Assembly: GCA_963774265.1 (NCBI GenBank)
Contig: CAVZDU010000007.1
Coordinates: 256,001-320,000, forward strand
DNA: 64,000 nucleotides
Source of the DNA: an uncultured Chloroflexia bacterium
Lineage (GTDB): Bacteria > Chloroflexota > Anaerolineae > CG2-30-64-16
Direction of reading: 5' to 3'
In this document: piece by piece, positions 1-12,032 of the stretch
How positions within the stretch are numbered: the stretch's first letter is position 1
Layout of the letters: each line of letters opens with the position of its first letter
Made by a program: the position numbers and the translations under genes
Notes under the pieces: generated by a model
What the model saw: the letters and a program-made list of their open reading frames with translations, nothing else
What the model was told of the DNA's origin: nothing
The model's database searches: none

Positions 1-1803
1 TGCCCGCTCCGTACCGCCAGGATCTGGCGCGCATCCGTGCAACCGCCCAGCAACTGGGCGGACTGGTGCGGGATGTGCTGGACCTGGCCCGCAGCCAGGT
101 CGGCCAGTTGCGACTGGCGGTCAAGCCGCTCGACATCGCAGCCGTGCTGCAACCCACGATCCTGGTCGGCGAGCAGATGGCTCGCAGCAAGGGCCTGGAC
201 TGGCAGGTGGAGATCGCGCCCGACCTTGCCGGAGGTCTGTGGGGATGGCGCCAGGCTGCAGGAAGTGACCCTGAACCTGATTTCCAACGCGGTCAAGTTC
301 ACTGCCCTGGGCGAAGTGCGACTGCGGATAGATGCAGACAAGGGCGACGTGGTCGTGTCGATCAGCGACACCGGTCTGGGCGTGCCTCTGGAGGAGCAAC
401 AGGCCATCTTCGATGAGTTTCGGCAGTCCGAGCGCACTGCCGCACGCGGCTTCGGTGGGCTGGGTGTGGGCCTGGCCATCTGCCGGGAAATCGTCCGCCT
501 GCACGGCGGTGAGATCGGCGTCCGGTCGTCCGGGCTTGTGGATGGGGGCTCGAGCTTCTTCTACCGTCTTCCCGCGCTTGAGCCGGCTGCCCCACGCGCC
601 GCAGCACCCCCCGCAGTTTCGGGCGCCGAGCCGCCATCGCAGTCGATTGAGGCCAGGCCGGTGGGGCTACCGCCCTGCACCAGCCGCTCGCAGGCTGTGG
701 TGTTGCTGACCGAGCAAGCCGCCGGCGGTGAATTGCTCCACGCTCATTTGCGGGAGCAGGGTTTCGACGTGGAGGTGCTGCCGGTTGAGGATCAGGGTGA
801 CTGGCTGGCACAATTGCTGGCCGCGGCGGCCGGGCGCCGTGGTGCTGGACCTGCAGCCCACCTGGGAACGCGGCTGGCAGCTGTTTGACGTCCTGAAACA
901 TAGCGAGGCCACCCAGGACATCCCCGTGCTTGCTTTACTCGCTGCTGGCCGAGCAGGGACAGGGGGCTATGCTGGCGCTGGACTACCTTCCCAAGCCGAT
1001 GGGTCCCGCCGCTTTGGCCCAGGCGCTGCAAAACCTGGGATTGGCAGATCGCGAGGTCCAGAACCAGGCGATCCTCATCGCGGACGACGATCCCGCCATT
1101 CTGGCGCTGCATGGCGACATGGTGCGCGAGCGCTTCCCGAGTTGTCGCATCCTGGCGGCGGCGAACGGGCGGCAGGCGCTTGAGTCTCTCCAGCGCGGCG
1201 AGAACGCCTCTCGTTCGTCTTGCTGGACCTGATGATGCCCGAACTGGACGGAATCGGCGTGCTGGAGGCCATGCAGCACGACGACGCGATTGCGCGACTA
1301 TCCCGGTTATTGTGCTGACGGCGCAATGTCTTTCGGAGGATGATATGGGTCGCCTCGGCCGCGGCGTGGCGTCCATCCTGCAGAAGGGTATGTTTACGAC
1401 GGAAGAGACGCTGGCGCAGGTGCAACGGGCCTTGGCTCGCAACAAACGCCTGGGTAATGAGACCCAGCGGCTGGCACGCAAGGTCATGGCCTACATCCAC
1501 GCGCACTACTCTGAAGACATCTCGCGAGAACAAATGGCCAGCCATGCGGGCATCAGTGAAAGGCACCTCACGCGCTGTTTCGTGCAGGAAGCCGGCCTGA
1601 CACCTATCGATTACCTGAACCGCTTCCGGGTGGCGCAAGCGCGCCGCCTGTTGGATGAAGGCCACACGAACATCACCGAGGTCATGAGCGCGGTCGGGTT
1701 CAGCGACAGCAGCTATTTCTCCAGGATCTTCCGGCGCGAGGCCGGCATGTCACCCAGCGCCTACCGGAATCAAGCCCACCCCCCGGCCCACAACCTGTCC
1801 TAA
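1..1803 (+). CDS. Hybrid sensor histidine kinase / response regulator with C-terminal AraC HTH (5'-partial, frameshifted)
   Basis: Joined frames give a HisKA end (LVRDVLDLAR), HATPase boxes (NLISNAVKFT, ISDTGLG, GLGVGLAIC), two receiver domains (ILIADDD, LDLMMPELDG) and an AraC domain (HAGISERHLTRCF, VGFSDSSYFSRIFRREAGMSPSAYR). Stop TAA at 1801-1803. Confidence 0.88.
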
Positions 1804-1859
1804 TCCGACGACAGGGTGTCCCAAAAACACAAGACACAGCGGGAATCAAGGACTACACT
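1796..1859 (+). promoter_or_regulatory. Candidate AraC-type tandem binding sites and promoter for the catabolic operon
   Basis: TGTCC at 1796 and 1817 (21-bp period, typical of AraC-family half-sites). The second unit ends in CAAGAC (1830-1835) at a -35 position, 18 bp before TACACT (1854-1859). Confidence 0.35.
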
Positions 1860-1926
1860 TATCATGAGTTCATCGTCCCTTTGGGATGTACAAGTGTGGT
1901 GATGCGTCTGGCGGGGAGCGAGCCAG

Positions 1927-2307
1927 ATGACAAAGAGCGTCATCATCGCAGTCAACGATCCGAACATCCTGTACCTTCTTCAGCGCTACGCCGAAGAGAG
2001 CGGCTTCGAGACGATCAGCGCGTCTCGATGCAAAGACGTGCTGGCCTTGCTGGCCCACCCGGCAAGCCCCGCACTCATCATCCTGGACAGCGAATTGTCG
2101 GGCGCAACCGCCCGGAAGATGTGGCGTGGGCTGGAGGTCGAAGCCGCAGCCCGTAACATCCCCGTCGTGGTCTACTCGTATCTGGATGAGCCGGCCGAGG
2201 CGTGTCATGAGGGCGTGGCCGGCTGTCTGCCCAACTCGGTCATGTACGACGATTTTGTGGCGGCGTTGAAAAGCGCCGGCGTCTCTCTGGAACCCGCCTT
2301 TTCGTAG
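1927..2307 (+). CDS. Stand-alone atypical receiver-domain protein
   Basis: 126-aa ORF with a REC pattern ([23 protein letters not shown]) and no output domain. GGAG RBS upstream. Confidence 0.7.
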   Translation: MTKSVIIAVNDPNILYLLQRYAEESGFETISASRCKDVLALLAHPASPALIILDSELSGATARKMWRGLEVEAAARNIPVVVYSYLDEPAEACHEGVAGCLPNSVMYDDFVAALKSAGVSLEPAFS

Positions 2308-2341
2308 CAGCATCCCTCGCAGTCTCGGGTATGGGGAGCCT

Positions 2342-3408
2342 ATGATCGGACAGACCACCGAAAGTCCCAAGCTCCTCGAAGTCGTCGATCTGAAGAAGCA
2401 CTTCCCCATCAAGCGTGGCTTTCTGTTCTCCAAACAGGTGGGCAGTGTCCGAGCGGTGGACGGGGTGAGCTTCTTCATCCGCGAAGGCGAGACCCTGGGG
2501 TTGGTCGGCGAGAGCGGCTGCGGCAAGACGACGATCGGCCGGCTGATTCTGCGCGCCTATGATCCGACCGCGGCGATATCTGGTTCACCGACCGCAAGCT
2601 GGGCCGGGTCAACGTCGCCGAGCATGGGGGAGGCGCAGCTCCGGCACCTGCGCCAGAACATGCAGTTGATTTTCCAGGACCCCTATTCGTCGCTCAATCC
2701 GCGCATGACGCTGCTGGAGATCGTCGGCGAGCCGCTCTATACGAACGGCGTCGCCAAGGGCAGCGAGCTGAAGGAGCGGGTCGCCGAATTGCTGAAGGTG
2801 GTGGGCCTGCGGCCCGAGTACATGACCCGCTACCCGCACGCCTTCAGCGGCGGGCAGCGCCAGCGCATCGGCGTCGCGCGCGCCCTGGCGCTGCATCCGC
2901 AGCTCGTCGTCTGCGATGAGCCGGTCTCGGCGCTCGATGTATCGGTCCAGGCGCAGATCCTCAACCTGCTCCAGGAGCTTCAGGAGCAGTTCGGCCTGAC
3001 CTACCTGTTCATTTCGCACGACTTGAGCGTGGTCGAGCACATCAGCGACCGGGTGGCGGTGATGTATGTGGGCAAGCTGGTCGAGAGCGCCAGCACAGAG
3101 GAGCTGTTCAGCAACCCCCGGCATCCCTACACCGAGGCGCTGCTCTCGGCCGTGCCCAAGCCCGATCCGCGCATCCACACCGAGGTGATCGTGATGCCGG
3201 CGAAGTGGCCGATCCGGCTCATCCGCCCAGCGGATGCTATTTCCACCCGCGCTGCCGGTATTGGGTGGATCGCTGCGCAACCGAAGAACCGATCTTGCGA
3301 GAGATTTCGCCGGATCACTTCGTCAGTTGCCACCGGGCAGAGGAGCTATCACTCGTCGGTGTCCAGACTGCTGGCCTGACCGACGGTCTCCTCTTGCCAG
3401 GCCAATGA
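2342..3408 (+). CDS. Opp/Dpp-family ABC transporter ATP-binding protein (OppF-like, frameshifted)
   Basis: Walker [27 protein letters not shown], and the C-terminal GCYFHPRC oligopeptide-ATPase motif in frame 3205..3408. Confidence 0.92.
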
Positions 3409-3504
3409 AAGGAGATGCCTGTCGAGCGTGACATGCAATCAAGATGCCATCGGAACGAACGCGACACGGATCATAGGACTGCTCTTCCAAGGAGGCAATG
3501 CACC

Positions 3505-5628
3505 ATGAAAGGGCGAAGGATCAACCGACGTGAGTTCATTCGACTGTCGGCGATGACAGCGGTAGGGGCGGCGGCAGCCGCCTGCGGCGCTCAGGCGACG
3601 CCAACCGCCGTGCCGCCGACTGCTGTGCCGCCGACCGCTGTGCCGCCGACTGCCGTGCCGGCCGCCGTCGTGGCGCCGACCGCTGTGCCACCGACTGCCG
3701 TGCCACCGACTGCCGTACCACCAACCGCCGTGCCCGCCGCCAAGTACAAGGAAGCCCCCATGCTGGCGGAGCTGGTCAAGGCGGGCAAGCTGCCGCCCGT
3801 GGATGAGCGGCTGCCCAAGAATCCCCTGGGTCGATGGAGGCGATACGAAGGAATCGGCAAGTACGGCGGCACCTGGCGCCGCGCGTTCAAGGGCGTGTCC
3901 GACTACTGGGGACCCACCAAGCTGCGTGGACCGCTCGTGGGCCTGGTTCGACAAGGACCTGAACCTCTTCCCGCGCATGCTCGAATCGTGGCAGGTCAGC
4001 CCGGACGGCAAGGTGTGGACCCTCAAGATGCGCGAGGGGCTCAAGTGGTCGGACGGCAAGGCGGATTACACCACCGATGACCTCGCCTTCTGGTACCAGT
4101 ACGAGCTGCAGAACAAGAAACTGACCCCCGGCACGCAGACCATCTGGACACGACCCGGACAAGACGCTCGTCAAGTTCGAGGCGGTGGACAAGTACACAG
4201 CTAAGTTCACCTACGGCAAACCCAAGCCGATGTTCATCTACAATATGACCCGCGGCGGCACGGGCGGTGGCGCAACCATCGCACCCCTGCCCGTATCGCC
4301 CAGCCACTACATGAAGGAGTTCCACGAGGATACCACATCCGATAAGGCCAAGCTGGAGGCTGACGATCAAGGAACGCGGCTCCGCCGACTGGCAGACCTA
4401 CTACATGCAGTTCGCCAGGCAGTGGACCATGCCAATCCCGACCGGCCGACCCTCGGTCCTTGGGTTCCCAAGGGCACCCTCACCGACGAGTTGTTCGTCA
4501 TCGAGCGCAACCCCTACTTCTTCGCGGTGGATGAGGAAGGCCAACAGCTGCCCTACATCGACAAGGTCACGCATCGGCTGTATGGAATCGCCAGAGGTGC
4601 TGCAACTTGTGGATCACCAACGGCGAGATCGACATGCAGTACCGCCACATGCAGGATCGGCGACCTGCCGCTTTACAAGCAGAGCGAGGCCAAGGGAGAC
4701 TACAAGATGGTGCTCGGCGTTCTGGCCAGTCACGTCGCCATGCAGCTCAACCTCACGCACCAAGAAGCAAGCTGCTCAACGAGTTCTTCAACGAGCGCAA
4801 CGTGCGCATCGCCCTCTCATACGCGATCAATCGCGACGAGATCAACCAATTGGTATACAACGGCTTGCTGAAGCCGCGGCAGTACAGCCCGCTGCCGATG
4901 TCGCCGCAGTACTACGAGAAGGCTTCTAGCGCCTACCTGGAGTACGACCCGGACACGGCGAACAAGCTCCTGGACGAAGCCGGCTACGACCAAGAAGGAT
5001 GCCAACGGCATCCGGCTGCTACAAAGATGGCACGACCCCATCAGCTTCATCCTCGAGGGCATCGAACAAACGACACGCCAGCTCGAAGATGCCTTCGGGC
5101 TCATCTCCAAGGTACTTCGCGAAGGTTGGCGTCAAGATGACCTACAAGTACGTCGAGCGGGCCCTCTACACCGAACATTACGATGCCAACGACCTCGATG
5201 GCGGCCCTGGGGCGGGGATCGCACCGTGTTGCCGATGGTGCCCGAGGCCATCATCTTCCGCGGCACCCAGCGCGGACCGGCCGTGGTGTCCTGGCTGGAG
5301 CTACTACTACCAGGAGCCGGACAGCCCGATCGCTGTCAAGCCGCCGGACGGGCACTGGATCTGGGAGATTTGGCGGATCTGGGACGAAGAGGTCGTCGTG
5401 GAGCCCGATCCCGCCAAGCAGACCGAAGCGTTCAAGAAGCTTCTCGACGTCTGGGCCGAGGAGCTGCCGATGATCACCCTGCTCGGCGAGAGGCCGTCCG
5501 TGACGATCGTCAAGAACGGCTTCAAGGGCTACCCGGCCGGCATGCCGAATGACGACACCACTGGCGACGAGCATTTCTGCCAGGATGAGACCTACTACTG
5601 GGACGACCCGGCGAAACATACGACATAA
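3505..5628 (+). CDS. Family 5 ABC substrate-binding lipoprotein, probably oligosaccharide-binding (Tat signal, frameshifted)
   Basis: AAGGAGG RBS. NRREFIRL twin-arginine motif with an AAAC lipobox. KEAPMLAELVKAGKLPPVDERLP, LKWSDG, ERNPYFFAVDEEGQQLPYID and RIALSYAINRDEI are typical of sugar-binding Opp-type SBPs. Confidence 0.9.
3601..3735 (+). repeat. Coding tandem repeat with a 15-bp unit (PTAVP x8)
   Basis: Two blocks of four CCRACYGCYGTRCCN units separated by AAVVA, forming a Pro/Thr linker after the lipobox. Confidence 0.9.
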
Positions 5629-5642
5629 CGGGCTAAGAGTGC

Positions 5643-5703
5643 AAGGTTGAAGGTTGAAGGCCAGTCAAGGAAGCCCTTCAACCTTCAACCCGTAACCTTC
5701 AAC
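5643..5703 (+). terminator. Intergenic stem-loop built from inverted heptamer repeats (terminator or mRNA stabiliser)
   Basis: GGTTGAAGGTTGAAGG pairs with CCTTCAACCTTCAACC between the SBP stop and the permease start. No U-tract. Confidence 0.6.
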
Positions 5704-5728
5704 TCGCGAGACGCACCGGAGGCCGTGC

Positions 5729-6726
5729 ATGTTGGCATATATCGGGCGACGGGTGCTCATCATGATCCCGACGCTCATCCTGATCTCGATCGTCACCTTC
5801 GCCATCCTTCAACTGCCGCCCGGTGATTATCTGACGTCCTACGCGGCGCAGTTGCGCACGATGGGCGAGCAGGTTGACGATGAGGCGCTGCAGTCGCTGC
5901 GCGATCGCTATGGGCTGGGCCAGCCGGTCTATGTCCAATACGGTAAATGGGTTGCGGCATCATCACGCGCGGCGACTGGGGCCAGTCGATGGAGTGGCAG
6001 CAGGCCGGTCAGCGAGCTGATCTGGGAGACGCTGGGGCTGACGGTCGCCCTGGCCGTGTTTTCGATGCTCATTAGTTGGCTGCATCGCGATCCCGATGGG
6101 CGTCTACTCGGCCACGCACCAGTATTCGATGCCGCGATTATCTCATGTCTATCTTCAGCTTCTTCGGCGTGGGCGTGCCTGCCTTCTTGTGGGCGCTGAT
6201 CATTATGTATTTCGCGCAGACCCAGCTCGGCCTGAACGTCGGTGGACTGTTCTCCGAAAAGTATCATCAACGCGCCCTGGAGCTGGGACAAGGTCGTGGA
6301 CATGTTCAAGCACTTCTGGATTCCCGGCCTTGATCGTGGCAATAGAGAACACCGCTGGCGAGCTCCGCACCACGCGCGCCAACCTGCTCGATGAGATCAA
6401 CAAGCCCTATGTCAGAGCTGGCGCGGGCCAAGGGGCTGAGCGAGGGGACGACTGATCTGGAAGTACCCGGTGCGCGTCGCGCTCAACCCGTTCTTCAGCA
6501 CTGTCGGCTGGTCGCTGGCCAACCGGATCTCGTCCATCACGCTGATGTCGGTCGTGCTCAGCCTGCAGACGACGGGCCCCATGCAGCTGCGAGCGCTCAC
6601 ATCGCAGGACATGTACCTGGCGGGCAGCGGTCCTGCTTGCTGTTGAGCGCGCTGACCGTCATCGGCACGTTGGTCTCGGACATCCTGCTGGCGTGGGTGG
6701 ATCCGCGCATCCGCCTGGAGGGGTGA
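5729..6726 (+). CDS. ABC transporter permease (OppB-like, frameshifted)
   Basis: MLAYIGRRVLIMIPTL, QLPPGDYLT, YGLGQPVYVQY, ARAKGLSE (EAA loop), C-terminal SDILLAWVDPRIR. Confidence 0.9.
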
Positions 6727-6729
6727 GCC

Positions 6730-7909
6730 ATGACCATAACGGATCAGGCGCAGCAGGACGGCCATCGGCACAGACAGTCGAGGAGATCCTCGCCGACGCA
6801 AGTGGCGGAGAAGCGGTCTATGTCGCTCCGCCCTGGAAATTGATGTGGTGGCGGTTCCGCAAACACAAGATGGCCCTGATCTGCAGCGTGGTGCTGATTC
6901 GTTCTCTATTTCGTCGCGCTCTTCTGCGAGTTCGTCGCGCCGTACGATCCCGATCAGGCGATGATCCAGTTCAAGCAGGTGCCGCCCACAGAGATTCACA
7001 TTCGCGATGTCGAGGGGCAGTTTCATTGGCCGTTCGTCTATCAGCATAAGCGCGCGATGGATCCGCAAACGTTTCAGATCACCTATACCGAAGATACCAC
7101 CATCCGGTATCCGATCCGCTTCTTCGTTCACGACTTTCAAGTACAAGTTGTTGGGGCTGCTGGAAGACGGACGTCCACCTGTTGGGTCTCTCTCCCGAGG
7201 CCAGGAACAAGCAGGGCATCTTTCTCTTCGGGACCGATCGGCTGGGGCGGGATATGTTCTCCCGTGTTTCGTATGGCGCGCGCATTTCGCTCTCGATGGG
7301 CCTGGTCAGCGTGTTCCTCAGCCTGGTGCTGGGCGTCCTCCTGGGCGGCATCTCGGGCTATTTCGGCGGGAAAGCGGATGTCATCATCCAGCGCGTGATC
7401 GAGTTTGTCCGCACCATCCCGACCATTCCGCTCTAGATGACGCTGAGCGCGGCGCTGCCGACGGACTGGCCTGTCGAGCGGGTCTACTTCGGCATCACCA
7501 TGATCCTGGCCGCTGGTGGGGTGGACCTGGATGGCGCGTGTGGTGCGCGGGCGGTTCCTGGCCATGCGCGAGGAGGACTTCGTGCTCGCGGCCCGGCTGA
7601 ACGGCTCCAGCGAGATGCGCATCATCCTGCGTCACATGCTGCCGTCCTTCCTCAGCTACATCATCGCCGCGCTGACGCTGAATATCCCCAACATGATCCT
7701 GTGCCGAGACCGGCCTGAGCTTCATCGGCCTGGGGCTGCGTCCGCCGGCGATCAGTTGGGGCGTGCTGCTGCAGGAAGCGATGAACTTGCGCTCGTTGGT
7801 CCTGGCGCCGTGGGTGCTGGCGCCGGGCATCGCCGTGGTGATTTCGGTGTTGGCGTTCAACTTCGTCGGCGATGGCCTGCGCGACGCCGCCGATCCCTAC
7901 GCCCGATAG
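6730..7909 (+). CDS. ABC transporter permease (OppC-like; frameshifts and one in-frame TAG)
   Basis: WWRFRKHKMA, FGTDRLGRDMFSR, REEDFVLAAR, LGLRPPAISWG, C-terminal FNFVGDGLRDAADPY. Confidence 0.9.
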
Positions 7910-7923
7910 CAGGAGCCCTCGAC

Positions 7924-8965
7924 ATGAAACAAGATCAACTGTCTTATTGAAGTCAAGGACCTGCGGACCTACTTCTTCCTGGATGAGGGCACGGTCCGGG
8001 CCGTCGACGGGGTCGATTTCAACATCTGTCGCGGCCAGACGTTGGGCGTGGTCGGCGAGAGCGGCTGCGGCAAGAGCGTCACCGCACGCTCGATCCTGCG
8101 CATCGTGCCCAAACCGGGACGCATCGTCGAGCGGCGAGATCACCCTCTTCCGCAAGTGCGACCTCAACGGCGGCGAGGACGGCAGCGAGCAGATAGAGGA
8201 AGTCAGGCTGACCGAGCTCGACCCGACCGGCCGCGACGATGCGCAGCATCCGCGGGTGCGAGATCGCGCTCGTGCCGCAAGAGCCGATGGCCTCCCTCAG
8301 CCCGGTGCACACCATCGGCAACCAGATCGCGGAAGCGATCATGCTGCACCAGGAAGTAGACAAGCATATGGGCCGCGCTCAAGGCCATCGAAATGCTCGA
8401 TCTGGCCGGCTTCCCGGAACCCAAGGAGCGTGTGGACTGCTATCCGCATCAGCTCTCGGGAGGGTTGCGCCAGCGCGCGGTGATCGCAATGGCGCTCTCC
8501 TGCCATCCCAGCCTGCTGATCGCCGACGAGCCGACGACCGCGCTGGACGTGACGACCGAGGCCCAGATCCTGCGGCTGATGCGCAGCCTCCAGAGCGAGC
8601 TGGGCATGGCGATCATGTATATCACGCACAACCTGGGCGTCGTAGCGCAGATGTGCGAAGATGTGATCGTGATGTACATGGGCAAGGTGGTTGAAGAAAG
8701 CAGCGTGGATGCCCTCTTCCATTCCCCACTGCACCCCTACACGCAGGCGCTGCTGCGCTCCATCCCGCGGTTGGGCCAGAAGCGGCATGGACAGCGGCTG
8801 GAATCCATCCGCGGGAGCGTGCCCGACCCCTATGCGATTCCTAAAGGGTGTTCCTTTCATCCGCGCTGCACAAAGCGCATCCGGGGCGTGTGCGATCGGG
8901 AGCTGCCGCCGTGGCTCGAGGTGGAGCCGGGGCACAAGGTGCGGTGCGTCCTCTACGGGAAGTAG
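7924..8965 (+). CDS. ABC transporter ATP-binding protein (OppD-like, frameshifted)
   Basis: [39 protein letters not shown]. Confidence 0.92.
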
Positions 8966-8968
8966 GCC

Positions 8969-9317
8969 ATGCGACGTCGCGCCGAAAGGTCCTTTGTTTC
9001 ACGTCCTGGCATATCTGCTCTGGATGGTGAGTATTGCCGCCTGCGTGGCTGCCGTCTTCCAGATCCAATCCGCAGTTAACGTGCTCGGGGCCGCGCTCGG
9101 CGCGGACGGTTACGCACTCCGCCTGGCTAACCAGGTCACCCTGTTGCTGGGTGGTTTGGCTGCTTTCATCTACGTGGTATTCTTGGAAGGACATTATCGT
9201 GAAGGCGCCAGGCTGGACGTCTTGCTGAGGCGCTTTGCGGTGACAATCGCCATTCTGCTCGGCATCGTGGCCCTATCTCTGGCGCTGGTCGAGATCGGCC
9301 TGCGCGCCATACATTAG
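8969..9317 (+). CDS. Small membrane protein with about three TM helices (start uncertain)
   Basis: The 3' part of ORF 8691..9317 has three hydrophobic segments and fills the gap between operon genes. Confidence 0.6.
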
Positions 9318-9338
9318 GGTGAGCCAACAAGAGGAAAA

Positions 9339-11990
9339 ATGCCCGTCTACTACGCTCGCTACGAACTCGAGAACAGCTACATTCACAACTGGGTGGTCGC
9401 GGGTCCGCAGGCCATTCCCCCTGACCTGGGGCGCTACCAGGGAAAAGATTGGAAGGTGCAGATTGCCCGGCACTACTATGAGGCAGAATCAGGGGTGACC
9501 GAAGCGCCGGTGCAGGATGAGGAGGTCGACCGCAAGGAGGGCGACCGCAAGGGTCGCCCCTACGGGGCCGGTGGGCAGGACGCGCCAATGAAGTGGCGGT
9601 ACGTTCGCTGCGATGACGACCACTTCGTGGACTGCACGGCCTTCTATCACATCTGCCACTATTTGCGGGCCTGGGCGTACAGCCGGGTGGTGAGCCCCGC
9701 GGCGGCTGACGTGACCTGCGTCCTGACGACCAACGGCCCGGCCGACGTCTGGCTCAATGGTCACCATGTTCATCGCCAGGAACACTTCCATCATCAAATC
9801 CCGCACAGCGTTCCGTTCCAGGTCAAGCTGGCAGAAGGTCCCAACGATTTACTGGTGCGCTTTGAAGAGGTGGCTGCGCGCGAGTGCCCGTATGTGATGG
9901 CGTTACGCGTCGTCGACCCGATGCCGGGAACCTTCGTGCTCATACCGACGACACACGGGGACGTGGCTCGCCGCCAGGTCGTCGAAGAAGCGATCGAGGC
10001 AGCCTATTTGGACCGCGACGTGTACGTGTGGGACGACGAAATCGCTGTCTATTGGCCCGGCGAACCGGATGTGCAGCCGGTAGAACTGACCTTGCGCCTC
10101 CAGCAGCCGACGGGTTGGATCTACTCAGAGGGGCGTCCAAACGTTTCAGCCGGGCACCGGAGGCCCCTGGGCCAGCCGCTCCAGGTGCCGGAAGGCCCAT
10201 TTGAGGTTTTTCTGATTCCCTCGCTTCGGGAGTACTACGAGGGCAATCTGCGCCTGGAACGCAGGATCCCCTTGACTGCGCTGCGCAACCGGTACTCGCA
10301 GGCGCCATACGGCACCCTGGACGAACGCCGCGCTGAGGCGCTGATGGATGCGGCACGGCGCGAGAGCAACGTTTTCTCCGAAATCGCCAAGATGGCGCTG
10401 GGCTATTGGGCCGATGTGAAGCCCGGCGTCATTCTGCAGACCATCGAAGGGATCAACCAGCGCAAGGATTGCAGCGACTTCTACCTGGTTGGCTTGCTGG
10501 GTATGGTGATCCGATATGGCGACCATCCTTCCTTTCCGGAATCGCTCAGGGAGCCGCTGGAAGCGTGCGTGCTCAATTTCAAGTATTGGGCAGATGAGCC
10601 AGGCACGGACTCCATGTGGTTCTGGTCGGAGAACCACCAGATTCTGTTTCATGTGTGCGAGATCATGGCCGGCCAACTGTACCCCGACCGCGTTTTCACG
10701 AATGTGGGGCAGACCGGCCGTTGGCACCGGGAAAAGGGCGAACGGCTGGCGCTCTCCTGGCTGCTCAAGCGCGGCGCGGGCGGGTTCAGCGAGTGGGACT
10801 CGAACTGCTACTTTGAAGAGGATTTACTGGCGCTTTCGCACCTGGCTGATCTGGCAGACAGTCAGGCCGTGTATGACCTTTCCACCGTCATCATGGACAA
10901 GATGTTTCTGACGATGGCGCTCAATTCGTACAAGGGGACGTTCGGTTCGACGCATGGACGCACATACACTCCGCACATCAAGGGCGGCCGCGGGGAAGCC
11001 ACCGCAGGCGTCAGCCGCTTGATGTGGGGGATGGGCGTTTTTAACGACAAGATTATGGCCACGGTCAGCCTGGCGTGCATGGAGAACTACGGATTTCCAA
11101 AAATCATCGGGGACATCGCGGCCGACCTTCCGGAGGAGATGTGGAACCGCGAGCGCCATGCGGGCAAGCTGGAAGCGTGGTGCGACAAGACGGACGGCGA
11201 CTGGGAAGTGAACAAAGTGACTTACAAGACGCCGGACACCATGCTCTGCTTCGGCGCAAGACTATCATCCCGGCGAGAGGGGCGTCCAGCAGCATATCTG
11301 GCAGGCCACTCTCGGGCCGGATGCCGTCGTCTTTGTCACGCATCCTCCCTGTCTGAGCGAGGAAAACTCGCATCGTCCCGGCTTTTGGCACGGGAACGTG
11401 GTCCTGCCGCGCGTCGCGCAATGGAAAGATGTGCTCATCGCCATCCACCAGTTGCCGGAAGATGACTGGCTGGGCTTCACCCACGCCTATTTCCCTATCT
11501 GGGCCTTTGACAGCGCCGGTTGCGCAAAGCCGAAACAGGTCGTCAATGGGCTTTTGCAGCCAAGGGCGACGGCTACCTCGCGCTCACCGCAGCGCGCGGA
11601 TTGGAGTTGGTCACGCGAGGCAATAACGCCTATCGCGAGCTGCGCTCCTATGGGCAGCGCAACGTTTGGGTATGCCATATGGGTCGCGCCAGCCTCGATG
11701 GCGATTTCAGCGCATTTCAGGAGAAGATACTCAGCCTCGATATGGATTTTGGCGAGCTTTCGGTGCGGTGCACCACTTTGCGCGGGGATACGTTGGCCTT
11801 TGGCTGGGAAGGCGCGTTCATGCGCAACGGTGGAGCCCAGCCGCTCAGCGGCTTCAAGCACTATGACAATCCGTACTGCGTCGACCTTCGATCGAGCGAG
11901 CCTGGCCCGCCGGACTGGCCCGCATCGGGGTTGGAGGTTCGCTACGGGGATACGGCAATGCGGTTGGACTTCACGGCCGGGGATGGGTGA
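9339..11990 (+). CDS. Large uncharacterised protein, heparinase II/III-like or lyase-like (frameshifted near 3' end)
   Basis: 708-aa open frame continuing in frames 11398 and 11520. It has a beta-rich N-terminus, a helical core (FWSENHQIL, EWDSNCYF, GSTHGRTY) and a beta-rich C-terminus. The family assignment is by motif resemblance only. Confidence 0.6.
9539..9563 (-). repeat. GTAG-type REP-like palindrome inside a CDS
   Basis: The minus strand reads GTAGGGGCGACCCTTGCGGTCGCCC: a GTAG tetranucleotide followed by a GGGCGACC/GGTCGCCC hairpin. A partial duplicate lies at 9524-9537. Confidence 0.7.
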
Positions 11991-12032
11991 GCCCGTGTGG
12001 GCGACCCACCTTACGGCGATTGAAAGATGCCG

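Noticed and set aside
3601-3735. 15-bp tandem repeat as a non-coding array
   Set aside because: It is in frame and varies mainly at third codon positions, so it is a protein linker.
7434-7436. In-frame TAG in the OppC-like permease (possible recoding or pyrrolysine)
   Set aside because: It falls where a conserved Trp (TGG) is expected, one substitution away. TAG is used as a normal stop by many genes here, and no pyl genes are visible.
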